A stretch of DNA of 64,000 bases from Candidatus Latescibacterota bacterium (GCA_965215195.1 CBDCDC010000002.1:3200001-3264000), one strand, 5' to 3'; counted from the stretch's first letter, positions 9,120-18,758 are shown. Numbers and translations: made by a program. Notes: generated by a model from the letters alone, not told the origin.

Positions 9120-10630
9120 AACTTTTTTCTAAAATTAAAGATAATCCTCTCTTGATCTTTCTCATCTTCCTGCTCATCCTGACGTTCGGGGCTTTCGTGG
9201 GCGTCCTGTTCTTTGAATGTATTGAAACGTATATTTCTAAACTTCTCGGCTTATCCAATAAGAATGGATCTAACAAAAACGAGGTTCTGAAATTTCTGGG
9301 AATCAGCATGGGCGGTATCTTGGTCGCCCTGCAAGCCCTGATGTCCTACAAACGCGCCAAGGCGATGGAGGATACCGCGCAAGCGCAGGCGGATGCTGCG
9401 AACGCACAAGCCAGAGCTACGGAGGAGCAGGCAAAAGCCAACCAGCACACTGAGCAGGGGCAGCAGCAGGAGCGATTTAGAAACGCTATCGAGCACCTCG
9501 GGCACGGAAAGGACTCCGTGCGCCTAGGTGGTGCCTACGAACTCTTCCATCTGGCGCAAGACACCGAAGAGTTGCGTCAGACAGTGCTGGATATTCTCTG
9601 CGCTCATATCCGCCAGACGACAGGCGAATACGAGTATAAGAAAAAGCATAAGGTCCCGGAAGACGTGGTCCCGGAAGACGTGGAAGACGTGTCAGAACCC
9701 TCAGAAGAAGTCCAGAGTCTGTTGAATCTGTTATTTGTTCAAGATCATGATGTTTTCAAAGGACTACGCGCCGACTTGGGGGGAAGCTGGATGAGTGGTG
9801 CCGATCTCAGGACAGCACGTCTAGAAAGTGCTGTCTTGGTCGGAGTGGATCTACAAGAGGCGAATCTCATGAGAGCGAACCTACAAGGGACGAATCTCGA
9901 GGGGGCTCAATTACAAGGGGCAAACCTCGAGGGGGCAAATCTGCAAAGGGCAAACGTCACATGGACTCATCTTGAAAGAACGAACCTAAAGGAAACGAAG
10001 CTGCAAGGGGCGGACCTCACAAGAGCGAACCTGCAAGGGGCGGACCTAAAGGAAACAAAGCTGCAAGGGGTGGACCTCACAAGAGCGAAGCTACAAAGGG
10101 TGAACCTAAAGGGAGCAAACTTGCAAGGGGTGGACCTCACAAGAGCGAACTTGCAAAGAGCAAACCTGCAAAGAGCGAAGCTACAAGGAGTCGTGCTTTG
10201 GGCGGCAAAACTGCAAGGGGTGGACCTCACGGAGGCTCAACTACAAGCGGCTAATCTTTGGGCAGCGAAACTACAAGAGACAGATCTCACGGAGGCTCAA
10301 CTGCAAGGAGTTATTAGCAAAAAGAACTGTTTAATTTCATTTGAAAAACGCATTAGAACCCAAATTGGCAAAGAAAGCGATATGAGCGGAATTACCTTTG
10401 AGGGCGGATTGGGGCAAGATGCTCTAGATTGCATTGTCGGGGATCTCTTCTTGGAAAAAGATAAGAAGTTACGAGAAAAGCTGACACGGCACCTCGACAA
10501 ACCGAAAAGTAATGAACTGCCAGAAAGCAGCGGTGCCATCACTGGCACCTACACCAGAGAAGACGCCGAAAAATGGATCGCTGAATACAACGAAGCCATG
10601 TCGTCCGTCCCCAAAGAGGACACTAACTAA
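9116..10630 (+). CDS. Membrane-anchored pentapeptide repeat protein
   Basis: Two N-terminal hydrophobic helices, AIEHLG..VRLGGAYEL motif, long A(N/D/K)Lxx repeat tract; lower GC. Confidence 0.92.
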   Translation: MKLFSKIKDNPLLIFLIFLLILTFGAFVGVLFFECIETYISKLLGLSNKNGSNKNEVLKFLGISMGGILVALQALMSYKRAKAMEDTAQAQADAANAQARATEEQAKANQHTEQGQQQERFRNAIEHLGHGKDSVRLGGAYELFHLAQDTEELRQTVLDILCAHIRQTTGEYEYKKKHKVPEDVVPEDVEDVSEPSEEVQSLLNLLFVQDHDVFKGLRADLGGSWMSGADLRTARLESAVLVGVDLQEANLMRANLQGTNLEGAQLQGANLEGANLQRANVTWTHLERTNLKETKLQGADLTRANLQGADLKETKLQGVDLTRAKLQRVNLKGANLQGVDLTRANLQRANLQRAKLQGVVLWAAKLQGVDLTEAQLQAANLWAAKLQETDLTEAQLQGVISKKNCLISFEKRIRTQIGKESDMSGITFEGGLGQDALDCIVGDLFLEKDKKLREKLTRHLDKPKSNELPESSGAITGTYTREDAEKWIAEYNEAMSSVPKEDTN

Positions 10631-10738
10631 TGCCTATTTTCTTCATTGGCTAAAGAGACGAACATCACCACCTCCTCGCGAGCTCTATCGTCTCCTCGAA
10701 AACCTTTGTGTACGTTGGCGACGACAGCGAGCCAGTGG

Positions 10739-11295
10739 TCATTCCGCCTCAGCCGCTTCAATGATCTCGGTGATATCAAATCCTGCGCCGTCTATGGTCA
10801 TCGTCCCAGTAAAAGAAAGGCCGTCGGCTCCAACCGTGATCAGCAGATTGAGCACCAGTTCGGCTTCCTGTGCTCCAGAAAGAGTAACTGTCCCGGTCAA
10901 TAGAATGGGCGTCTGATCTATTCCGACATTCAAGATACCGTTGATTACCAACGCGCCATCGGGCGAATAATCCTGAAACGTCCAGTCGTTACCTGCAATC
11001 TCCACCGAGCCGCCGCCCTCCCCCGGCACCGACGTCGTACCGACTAGTACGGAGAAGAAGATATTCTGAAAATCTCACTCCCCGGCATATTGCCCGTTCC
11101 GGTGCCATCGCCGCCACTCTCTACTCCCGGTAGGTCCAAGGCGATGCCGTGTGGATCATCCAATCCGATGACGAGAGCTTCGACATTGAGACCATCCAAG
11201 GTGGCACGATAGATTTTATTCTCTATCCAGTCCGTCCAGTACACATGGCCCTCGGCTACGTCCAAGGCGAGGCCTACTGGCCACCCCCTCCAGTA
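10739..11295 (-). pseudogene. 5'-truncated, frameshifted YWTD (LDL-receptor class B) repeat protein
   Basis: GLALDVAEGHVYWTDW..KIYRATLDG..P.GIALD; frameshift in a 4-base run near 11070 joins it to ORF 10739-11029. Confidence 0.7.
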
Positions 11296-11298
11296 ATG

Positions 11299-11331
11299 AA
11301 AAGCCCCGACATCTCCTTGACGCTGGGGGCA
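11299..11331 (-). terminator. Probable intrinsic terminator of the TPR gene
   Basis: GCCCC..GGGGC stem followed by TTTT on the minus strand just after stop 11335. Confidence 0.45.
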
Positions 11332-11334
11332 AGC

Positions 11335-12195
11335 TCATCGCTTGTCCAGATTCGCCATGCGCTGCTTAGCTGCGTACACGTAGAAATCGTCATCACCCTT
11401 GCCGCTGTCAACAATCTTCTCTAGCCACAGGGTGGCCTTCTCATCGTCGTTGAGAACCCAGTGGGCTTGGCCTATCTGGTATCGCATTCTGTTGGCAAAT
11501 ACGCCATCTGGAAAATCTAGCATGTAGTCCTCAAAGCAGACTACCATGAGAGTTATGTAATTTCTGGCTGCCTTCTTGTGCCGTAATCTCCGTAGCCGCC
11601 TCCGCCGTAGACAGCCGCTTTAAATCCTCCGCCGCTTCTTCCGCTGCTTCCCACAAGAGTCTTAAATTTTCTGACATAAGCTAGATGTGCAGCATCCGTC
11701 TTGGGGAACTCGGCTATGACCTTGTCGTACCAGTACAAGGCCATGTCTTCCGCGTTAAGCCAGCTCGTATCAATAGTCCAAGAGTCTTTCCTGAAGCCAT
11801 TGGAGAAAAAATCCGCATTGTCTAGATATAGAGAGGCCGTCTCGTCTTCCGAGTGCCCGACAAGCACCTCCTCATAGCTTAGAGGACAGGACATCTATTC
11901 TCTCCGTCACAGCCTGCCCTTCTTCAGAGTCGGGGAATTCTTCTATCAGCGTTCTCCAAGTGTTTATTGCCATGCCAACATCGTCTTCCCGGAAAGAAAT
12001 CATTCCTAATTCGTATAAGCACTTTGCCCTGACGGTGTCGTCATCGACTCTAAACATAAGATTGATATAGGCTAGCTTGGCATCCCGTATCAAGCCATAT
12101 TGCGCCAGCATGGCAGCCCTAGACAGGTCGTCTTCGCTGGAAACAGCAATCGACGAGAAGGCCAGAAGTATTACCGCGAAAATCATCTTGTTCAT
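11335..12195 (-). pseudogene. Secreted TPR-like protein split by two frameshifts (ORFs 11872-12195, 11553-11894, 11335-11547)
   Basis: Signal peptide, LYELG..W..LIEEFPDS and YDKVIAEFP TPR motifs; frames join near 11880 and 11580; AGGAGG RBS. Confidence 0.7.
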
Positions 12196-12296
12196 ACCAT
12201 CCTCCTAGTTAACTGTTCACCTCAGAAAATACATCACTATGCCGCTGACCGCCGACACCACCAGCGATACGACTAGTGAGATGCCTTTTAATGATA

Positions 12297-12324
12297 TAGG
12301 GCGTCCACAAGGGGACGCCCTACA
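12297..12324 (-). repeat. GTAG-type REP-like palindrome
   Basis: Minus strand GTAGGGCGTCC-CCTTGT-GGACGCCCTA, 10-bp perfect stem. Confidence 0.6.
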
Positions 12325-12360
12325 GCGTGAGCGGGCATCTTCCCTCTGGAGCGATCAGGC

Positions 12361-12645
12361 TCATGCAGCGAATTGGAGCCGCACCCCGCAAGCTCTGACA
12401 ATTTTGTGAACGGTGTCAATCTTCGGGGTGTTCTGCGCCGAGAGCGCACGGGACAGGCCCGATGGATTCAGGCCGGTTCGGCGCGCCAGTTCCGATACGC
12501 CACCGATGGCGTCAGCAACGTTGCGGAGCGCAATCATCAAGTCCTCGTGGTCGGTATCAGGATCTTCGAACACGACATTCAGATAGGCCGCGATGGCCTC
12601 GGGCGTTTTCAGGTAATCACTGGCCTTATGTTCTCTTACGGGCAT
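12361..12645 (-). CDS. Addiction module antidote protein (HI1420-like HTH), orphan
   Basis: SDYLKTPE.IAAYL..ALRNVA.A.GG.SELA..TGL...L.RALS...P...T..KI..A.G..L. Confidence 0.88.
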   Translation of the reverse strand: MPVREHKASDYLKTPEAIAAYLNVVFEDPDTDHEDLMIALRNVADAIGGVSELARRTGLNPSGLSRALSAQNTPKIDTVHKIVRACGVRLQFAA

Positions 12646-12662
12646 TTCGCTTCTCCTGAGTC

Positions 12663-13670
12663 CTACCCGATCTTCACCGTCCGCTGCCCCTTCCCAGCCC
12701 GCAACACCGCCGTCGCAATCTCCAAAGCGTCGATGCCGTCATCCCCTGTCACTAAGGGCTGTTCGCCCTTGGCCAAGCACTTGACTACGTGTTTGGCTTG
12801 CTCGGCGAACATGTCCTTGAGCGGATAGGTGTACACCCGCTCGCGGCCCTCGCCCGTCTTGAGCGTAAAGGCACCGCTCTTTTGCGGATTGAAGTGCGCT
12901 GGGGCCTTTTGCGCGGTCATGCCAAATTGCAGGGTGCCGGCCGGGCCAATCACGTCGTTGAGGCTCGCCACAGGTGCGCCAGCGGCCACGCCCCAAGACC
13001 AGATCAAGGCGTGCTGGTCGCCGCTGGCAAAGTTGATGATAACGCTCGCGGTGTCAGCACCGACGCTGGTGGGGTCGAATTGCAGGGAAGAGGCTTGCGC
13101 CGAGGCGGCTCGGCCGAAAATCTGCAAGGCGAAATCGTAGTTGTGCACGGCACCGTCCATCAGGGGGCCGCCGCCTTTGTTCACATCGCGGAACCACGGG
13201 CGGCCCGGGCGGCCCCCCGCAGCAAAGCGCCAGATGACCGGCGCACCAACAGCACCCGATTGGACGATCTCCTTGAGCTTGCCCCACTGAGCGTCAAAGC
13301 GGCGCACAAAGCCAATGGTCAGCCGCACGTCGGCTTGACTACAAGCATGCGCCATGCGCCGCGCATCAGCTACCTTCAGCGCCATGGGCTTTTCGCAGAA
13401 CACGTGCTTGCCGGCTTTGGCTGCGGCGACGACCGGGGCGGGGTGCTGGAAGGTGGGGGTGCAGACCCACACCGCGTCAATTTCGGGCAGCTCGAGCAGT
13501 GCTCGGAAGTCTGCGAAATGGTGTTCGGCCCCGAAGTCGCGGGCGAACGCTGCGGCCGCGTCGGCGACGACATCCGCGGCCGCGAGAATGCGCACACCCC
13601 GGATCTGGGATAAGCAATTGGCGTGATGGCGGGCAATGCCGCCGCAGCCGATAAAACCGATATTCAGCAT
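12663..13670 (-). CDS. Gfo/Idh/MocA family oxidoreductase
   Basis: IGCGGIA, CTPT..H, GKHVFCEKPMA, GGG.LMD..VH. Confidence 0.93.
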   Translation of the reverse strand: MLNIGFIGCGGIARHHANCLSQIRGVRILAAADVVADAAAAFARDFGAEHHFADFRALLELPEIDAVWVCTPTFQHPAPVVAAAKAGKHVFCEKPMALKVADARRMAHACSQADVRLTIGFVRRFDAQWGKLKEIVQSGAVGAPVIWRFAAGGRPGRPWFRDVNKGGGPLMDGAVHNYDFALQIFGRAASAQASSLQFDPTSVGADTASVIINFASGDQHALIWSWGVAAGAPVASLNDVIGPAGTLQFGMTAQKAPAHFNPQKSGAFTLKTGEGRERVYTYPLKDMFAEQAKHVVKCLAKGEQPLVTGDDGIDALEIATAVLRAGKGQRTVKIG

Positions 13671-13816
13671 GATCCTCTCCTATTGGCACGTAGATGGTTG
13701 CGAGAGCAAAGTAATGGCGTCTAGCGCGGCGTTTGTCAAGGGATTGCCCGCAAATCCCAAAGAGGCAACTCATTGTCAAACAAAATGTTACACAGCCTAT
13801 TAACGCTCGGCTTACC

Positions 13817-13845
13817 TTGACTTTTCCCTAGCCCAAGCATAGCTT
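13817..13845 (+). promoter_or_regulatory. Sigma-70-like promoter for the S55/rib operon
   Basis: TTGACT-17 nt-TAGCTT. Confidence 0.5.
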
Positions 13846-13886
13846 TTTTCATTCTTTGTCTCTATGGAAAAGGCAAGCAAAAGGTC

Positions 13887-15629
13887 GTGCAGACCTCATT
13901 TCGCATACTAGTGGCGCTGGCGGCTTTGCTCTTGGCCGCTCCCGCGCTCCGCGCCCAACCCGTCATGGCGTCCAGCGAGTTGCGCCGCGGCATGAGCGGC
14001 TTTGGGCTGACGACCTTCCAAGGCACCGAGATCGACACCTTCCAAGTCGAAATTTTGGGGGTGCTCAAAGGGGCCTTGGGGCCGCGCATGGACATGATCC
14101 TCGCCCGGCTCTCCGGCGGCCCATTGGAACACACGGGCCTCATAAGGGGCATGAGCGGCAGCCCGGTGTACATCGACGGGCGGCTCATCGGCGCCATTGC
14201 CTACGGCTGGTATTTTTCCAAGGAACCCATCGGCGGCATCACCCCCATCGCCCACATGCTCGAAGTCGCCACGCGAGAGCATCCCACGCCAAGCCAGTAC
14301 GGAAAAGCTCTAAAACTAGACGAAGAGACCACCCGCCTGCTCGGCGGCGAGGGCGTCAGCACCCTAGCACCGCTGGGGATGCCCATAGCGATTGCCGGCT
14401 TCAGTCCAAGGGGGCGGCAAGTGTTGCGCGACGCGCTTGACGCGCCGGGCATCGAGCTTCTGGACAGCCCGGCCGGGCAGGTGCTGCCCGGCCAAGAGGT
14501 GCCCTGCGCGCCCGGGGCCTCGCTGGCCGTGCAGCTAATCCGCGGCGATTACAGTGCCGCGGCAATCGGCACCCTCACCTGGGTCGGCGACGGGCGTTTC
14601 GTCGGCTTTGGCCATCCGCTGTTTTTGCTGGGGGCCACCAACCTGCCCGCCACCGGTGCCTATATCCACCAAGTCATTCCCACCCAGATTGCTTCCTTCA
14701 AGCTGGGGACGCCGGCCGGCGCAATGGGGGCGGTGCGCCAAGACCGCCTTCCCGCGATTGCCGGGACGCTGGGCGCGATGCCGGACATGCTGCCAGTGAG
14801 GGTCGCCCTGCGGTCGGCGGCTGGCGACCACGACTTTCGCTGCGAGGTGCTGCGCCACCCCGAGCTTAGTGCGTCCCTCGTCCGCTCGGTTTTGTTCAAC
14901 GCCCTCGAAACGGCCGAAAAGCTCTTTGGCGACGCCACGCTGCGGGTGCGCAGCCACATCGCCCTAACCGATGGCCGCACGGTTGAGCGCGAGCAAGTGT
15001 ACAGCAGTGGGATCGCGCTGCTTAGGGCTGTGATAGAAGCCGTGCAGCCGGTCGGCGTGCTGCTCAACAACCCCTTCGCCGGGCTGACCTTAGACTCGCT
15101 GCACTTTGAGTTGGAAATTGGCGAAAGCCTAGCGCAAGCCCGCATCACGGGCCTGCGACTGTCGCCGCCCGATCCCAAGGCCGGGCAGCGGGTTTTGCTG
15201 CAAGCGACGTTGCAACCGTATCGCGCCGAGCCGGTTACAGAGCGCATGGAGTTGGATTTGCCCGCGCATCTCAAACCCGGTCCCTTCGTCGTGCGCATTG
15301 GCAGCGGTGCGGCGAGCGCGCGTTGGGAAGCGGCCCGCCGGCCCGATGCGTTTGTGCCGCGCAATACCGCCGGCTTGCTCGCCTTGCTCGAGCGCACGGG
15401 TGCCGCCGATGAGTTGGTCGTCGAGGTCTTTCGCGCCGGGCCTGGCTTTACAGTAGAAGGGCGCGAGTTGCCCGGGCTGCCCCCCTCGGCGTTGGCCGTG
15501 CTGAGCGCGGACCGCTCGGCCGGGCATCTGGGGCCGGTGCAAGGCGAGGTCGTCCTCCGCCGCACCCTAACCACCGCGTACGTTCTCTCCGGCGAGCAAA
15601 GCCTCGACATGACCTTGAGAAAGCCCTGA
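13887..15629 (+). CDS. SpoIVB-like peptidase S55 domain protein, secreted
   Basis: Signal peptide; F.VEILGVL, GMSGSPVYIDGRLIGA, ITPI..ML, FGHP. Confidence 0.88.
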   Translation: MQTSFRILVALAALLLAAPALRAQPVMASSELRRGMSGFGLTTFQGTEIDTFQVEILGVLKGALGPRMDMILARLSGGPLEHTGLIRGMSGSPVYIDGRLIGAIAYGWYFSKEPIGGITPIAHMLEVATREHPTPSQYGKALKLDEETTRLLGGEGVSTLAPLGMPIAIAGFSPRGRQVLRDALDAPGIELLDSPAGQVLPGQEVPCAPGASLAVQLIRGDYSAAAIGTLTWVGDGRFVGFGHPLFLLGATNLPATGAYIHQVIPTQIASFKLGTPAGAMGAVRQDRLPAIAGTLGAMPDMLPVRVALRSAAGDHDFRCEVLRHPELSASLVRSVLFNALETAEKLFGDATLRVRSHIALTDGRTVEREQVYSSGIALLRAVIEAVQPVGVLLNNPFAGLTLDSLHFELEIGESLAQARITGLRLSPPDPKAGQRVLLQATLQPYRAEPVTERMELDLPAHLKPGPFVVRIGSGAASARWEAARRPDAFVPRNTAGLLALLERTGAADELVVEVFRAGPGFTVEGRELPGLPPSALAVLSADRSAGHLGPVQGEVVLRRTLTTAYVLSGEQSLDMTLRKP

Positions 15630-15633
15630 TCTA

Positions 15634-17664
15634 ATGATACGCACTACGACTCGAGCCCTGTTTGCGTTTTTCTTGGTACTGTCGGCGGCCAGCGCGACCC
15701 AAGCGGGGCGCGCCAAGGCTTGGCAGCAGCATGCGTACGACGACTTCGCCAAAGGCGAGAGCGAAGGCATCTCCATTGCCGCAGACGGTGCGCTGGAGCT
15801 AGCGCCCGCGCTCGTCGAGCTAGCTGCGCTAGACGCCGAGCGCGTCTGGTCTATGACGCCCAACCCCAAGGGGGGTCTCTACGTGGGCACCGGCGATTCA
15901 GGGCGGCTCTTTGCCGTCGATGACGAGGGGCAAGCCGAGTTGCTGTTCGACTCGCCCGAACTCGTGCTTCACGCCCTGATCGCCGGCCCCGACGGGCGGC
16001 TCTACGCTGGCTCGGCCCCCGACGGCCTAATCTACGCGCTCGACGGCGAGGGGCGGGCGGAAACCCTGCTCCAGAGCGGCAGCCACTACGTGTGGGACTT
16101 CGCCCTAATTGACGGCCAGCTCTACGCAGCCACGGGCGAACCCGGCCAAGTGCTCAAAGTCGCCAAAGACGGGTCGCACGAAGTCTTCTTTGCGCCGGAA
16201 GATCGCCACGTTATGACTTTGCTCGCCCACGGCGACCGCTTATACGCCGGCACGGCCGACAAGGGCCGCATCTACGAGATCGATAGCGAGGGCCGCGGGC
16301 GGCTGCTCTTTGAAAGCGCACAAGAAGAAGTTCACAACCTAGTGGCAGGTGCCAACGGGGAGATTTTCGCCAGCGCGATTCCCGCGCCGAGCAAGGGCGA
16401 GAATTCCCCAAAGGTCCCGGCGGCCGTGTACCGAATCGGAGCAGAAGGAGCGGTTTATCCCATCTGGGAGGATGCCGAAGCCCAGCTCGTCAATCTCGTT
16501 GCGGCCGGCGAGCATCTGCTGCTCAGCGCCTCCAACCCGGCGCGGCTTTTGCGCCTCAGCGCCGAGGGCCGCCGTGCATTAGTCGTGCAGTTCGAAAGCT
16601 TCGTCCCCGGCCGCCTCTTGTTCGGGCCAGATGGCGCGCTCCACTTGGGAGGGGCGCAAAAGGCCGCTGTCTCCATCCTGCCCGGGGAGGGCCACCGCAA
16701 GGGGCACTTTGAATCAGCGGTTGAGGACTTTGCCATCCACGCGCGGTGGGGTGCGCTCGAATGGCGCGGCACCCAACCCGCAGACACCCGCATAACCGTG
16801 CAGACGCGCACCGGCAACAGCGAGATGCCGGACAAAACTTGGAGCGCGTGGTCCGAGCCGCTGACCGAGAGCGGGCAAACCATCACCAGCCCCCCGGCCC
16901 GCTTTATCCAGTACCGGGTCGAGATGGAATCCACCCGCGACGGGGCCACGCCCCGGCTCAGCTCGATCGCAGTCCGCGGCGTCCAAGTCAACCTCAAGCC
17001 CCGCATCGTCGAGTTGCAAACCTTTCCCTTCCGGCCGCAACAATCCGGCAACGGCGGCCAACCCCAAGGCACACCCCAAGCTAGCTTAGGGCGGCGCAAC
17101 AATCGTCCACCTCATGCCAAGAGTCTGCGTCTAGTGCGTTGGCAGGCTCAAGACCCCAACGAGGACGAGCTGGTTTACGATCTCTATCTCAAGGGCGAGG
17201 ATCAGCAAGCGTGGAAGCTAGTCGAAGAGAACATCGCGCAGAGCTCGATCGTCTGGGATACCGAATCCATGCCCGAAGGCCAAACCCAGCTCAAGCTGGT
17301 GGCCTCCGATCGCATGGACAACCCAGCGGCCGAACGCCTGCGCGACGAGCGCGAAAGCGCGCCTTTCGCCATCGACAACAGCCCGCCAGCCATTGTGCTT
17401 GACGCGCAGACCAGCGCCGCTGGTGCGGTCGTCGAAGTGGCGATTAGCGACCGCATCTCAGCGGTGCAAAAAGCCCACTACACTATTGACTACGACGAAC
17501 AACAGCACCCCATCGCGCCGTTGGATGGCGTCTTTGACAGCCGCGGCGAAAAGGCGCGCTTTGCCGTTGAGGGGCTGGCGTCGGGCGAGCACGTCATTGT
17601 CGTGCGGGCCATCGACGCCCTCGACAACATCGGCGTGCGGCAAATCGTCATCCAAGTCAAGTGA
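15634..17664 (+). CDS. Secreted beta-propeller protein with C-terminal Ig/FN3-like domains
   Basis: Signal peptide, repeated LY.GT...G.(I/L)Y blades, RTGN..PD..WS.W, WDT...P.G, DN.PP. Confidence 0.75.
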   Translation: MIRTTTRALFAFFLVLSAASATQAGRAKAWQQHAYDDFAKGESEGISIAADGALELAPALVELAALDAERVWSMTPNPKGGLYVGTGDSGRLFAVDDEGQAELLFDSPELVLHALIAGPDGRLYAGSAPDGLIYALDGEGRAETLLQSGSHYVWDFALIDGQLYAATGEPGQVLKVAKDGSHEVFFAPEDRHVMTLLAHGDRLYAGTADKGRIYEIDSEGRGRLLFESAQEEVHNLVAGANGEIFASAIPAPSKGENSPKVPAAVYRIGAEGAVYPIWEDAEAQLVNLVAAGEHLLLSASNPARLLRLSAEGRRALVVQFESFVPGRLLFGPDGALHLGGAQKAAVSILPGEGHRKGHFESAVEDFAIHARWGALEWRGTQPADTRITVQTRTGNSEMPDKTWSAWSEPLTESGQTITSPPARFIQYRVEMESTRDGATPRLSSIAVRGVQVNLKPRIVELQTFPFRPQQSGNGGQPQGTPQASLGRRNNRPPHAKSLRLVRWQAQDPNEDELVYDLYLKGEDQQAWKLVEENIAQSSIVWDTESMPEGQTQLKLVASDRMDNPAAERLRDERESAPFAIDNSPPAIVLDAQTSAAGAVVEVAISDRISAVQKAHYTIDYDEQQHPIAPLDGVFDSRGEKARFAVEGLASGEHVIVVRAIDALDNIGVRQIVIQVK

Positions 17665-18758
17665 ACCAGCCCGCGCAATACATGCGCCGCGCCCTGCGAT
17701 TAGCCCAGCGAGGGCGGGGCAAGGTTAGCCCCAATCCCATGGTCGGCGCGGTTGTGGTGCGCGGGGACTGCATTTTCGGCGAAGGAGCCCACCTAAAGGT
17801 CGGCGGCCCCCATGCCGAGGTCCACGCCCTGCGCCGAGCCGGCGACGCAGCGCGGGGGGCTGATCTCTACGTCACGCTGGAGCCTTGCTCCTTTCACGGC
17901 CGCACTCCGCCCTGTACCGAAGCCGTGCTGCGCGCTGGCATTAAAAGGCTCTACTGCGCCATGGAAGACCCCGACGAGCGCGTGACTGGGCGGGGGATTG
18001 CCGCGCTGCGCGAACAGGGCGTCGCCATTGACGTCGGGCTTTGCGCTGAAGAGGCGCACCGCCTCAACGCGGCCTACATCAAGCACCGCACCCAAAACCT
18101 GCCCTTGGTCCTACTCAAGCTGGCGCAGACCCTCGACGGCCGCATTGCAGCGCGCAGCGGCGATGCGCGTTGGATCACCGGGGCCCGAGCGCGGCGACAC
18201 GTCCATCGCTGGCGCTCTTGGGTCGATGCCGTGGCCGTGGGCGCGGGCACGGTGCAAGCGGACGATCCCCTCCTGACGGTGCGCCACGTGCCCGGGCGCG
18301 ATCCGCGGCCCATCGTCATAGACGGGCGCTTGCGCACCTCGCCCGCAGCTCGCGTCTATCAGCGGCCCGGGGCCGTGCTCGTCACCGCAGAGGACACGCC
18401 CGCCGACAAGCGCCGGGCCTACGCGGCCCAAGGGGCCGTGGTTTGGACTTTCCCGGCATCTGCCGGGCGCATCAACTTGCGCCTGCCCCTTGGGCGCATG
18501 GCGCGAGAGGGCATGACCAGCGTCCTCATCGAGGGTGGCGGCCAGTTGGCCGCGGCCGCACTCGGCGACCGCGTCGTCGACCAAGTCCTGCTCTACCTCG
18601 CACCGCGACTGATGGGCGAGGGGGTGGCCGCCATTGGCGACTTGGGAGTCGAGCGCGCGGCCGAAGCCATTCGCCTCGCGTCCAGCCGCATCCAGCGGCT
18701 AGGCCCCGACCTGCTCTACACGGCCGAGGTACAATACACTTGTTCACCGGACTCATAG
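17661..18758 (+). CDS. ribD: Riboflavin biosynthesis deaminase/reductase
   Basis: PNPMVGAVV, HAE, TLEPCS..GRTPPC, TLDG.IA, IEGG. Confidence 0.96.
   Translation: MNQPAQYMRRALRLAQRGRGKVSPNPMVGAVVVRGDCIFGEGAHLKVGGPHAEVHALRRAGDAARGADLYVTLEPCSFHGRTPPCTEAVLRAGIKRLYCAMEDPDERVTGRGIAALREQGVAIDVGLCAEEAHRLNAAYIKHRTQNLPLVLLKLAQTLDGRIAARSGDARWITGARARRHVHRWRSWVDAVAVGAGTVQADDPLLTVRHVPGRDPRPIVIDGRLRTSPAARVYQRPGAVLVTAEDTPADKRRAYAAQGAVVWTFPASAGRINLRLPLGRMAREGMTSVLIEGGGQLAAAALGDRVVDQVLLYLAPRLMGEGVAAIGDLGVERAAEAIRLASSRIQRLGPDLLYTAEVQYTCSPDS

Noticed and set aside
14660-15610. Long antisense ORFs here and opposite other core genes
   Set aside because: Expected shadow ORFs in GC-rich coding DNA; no protein motifs.
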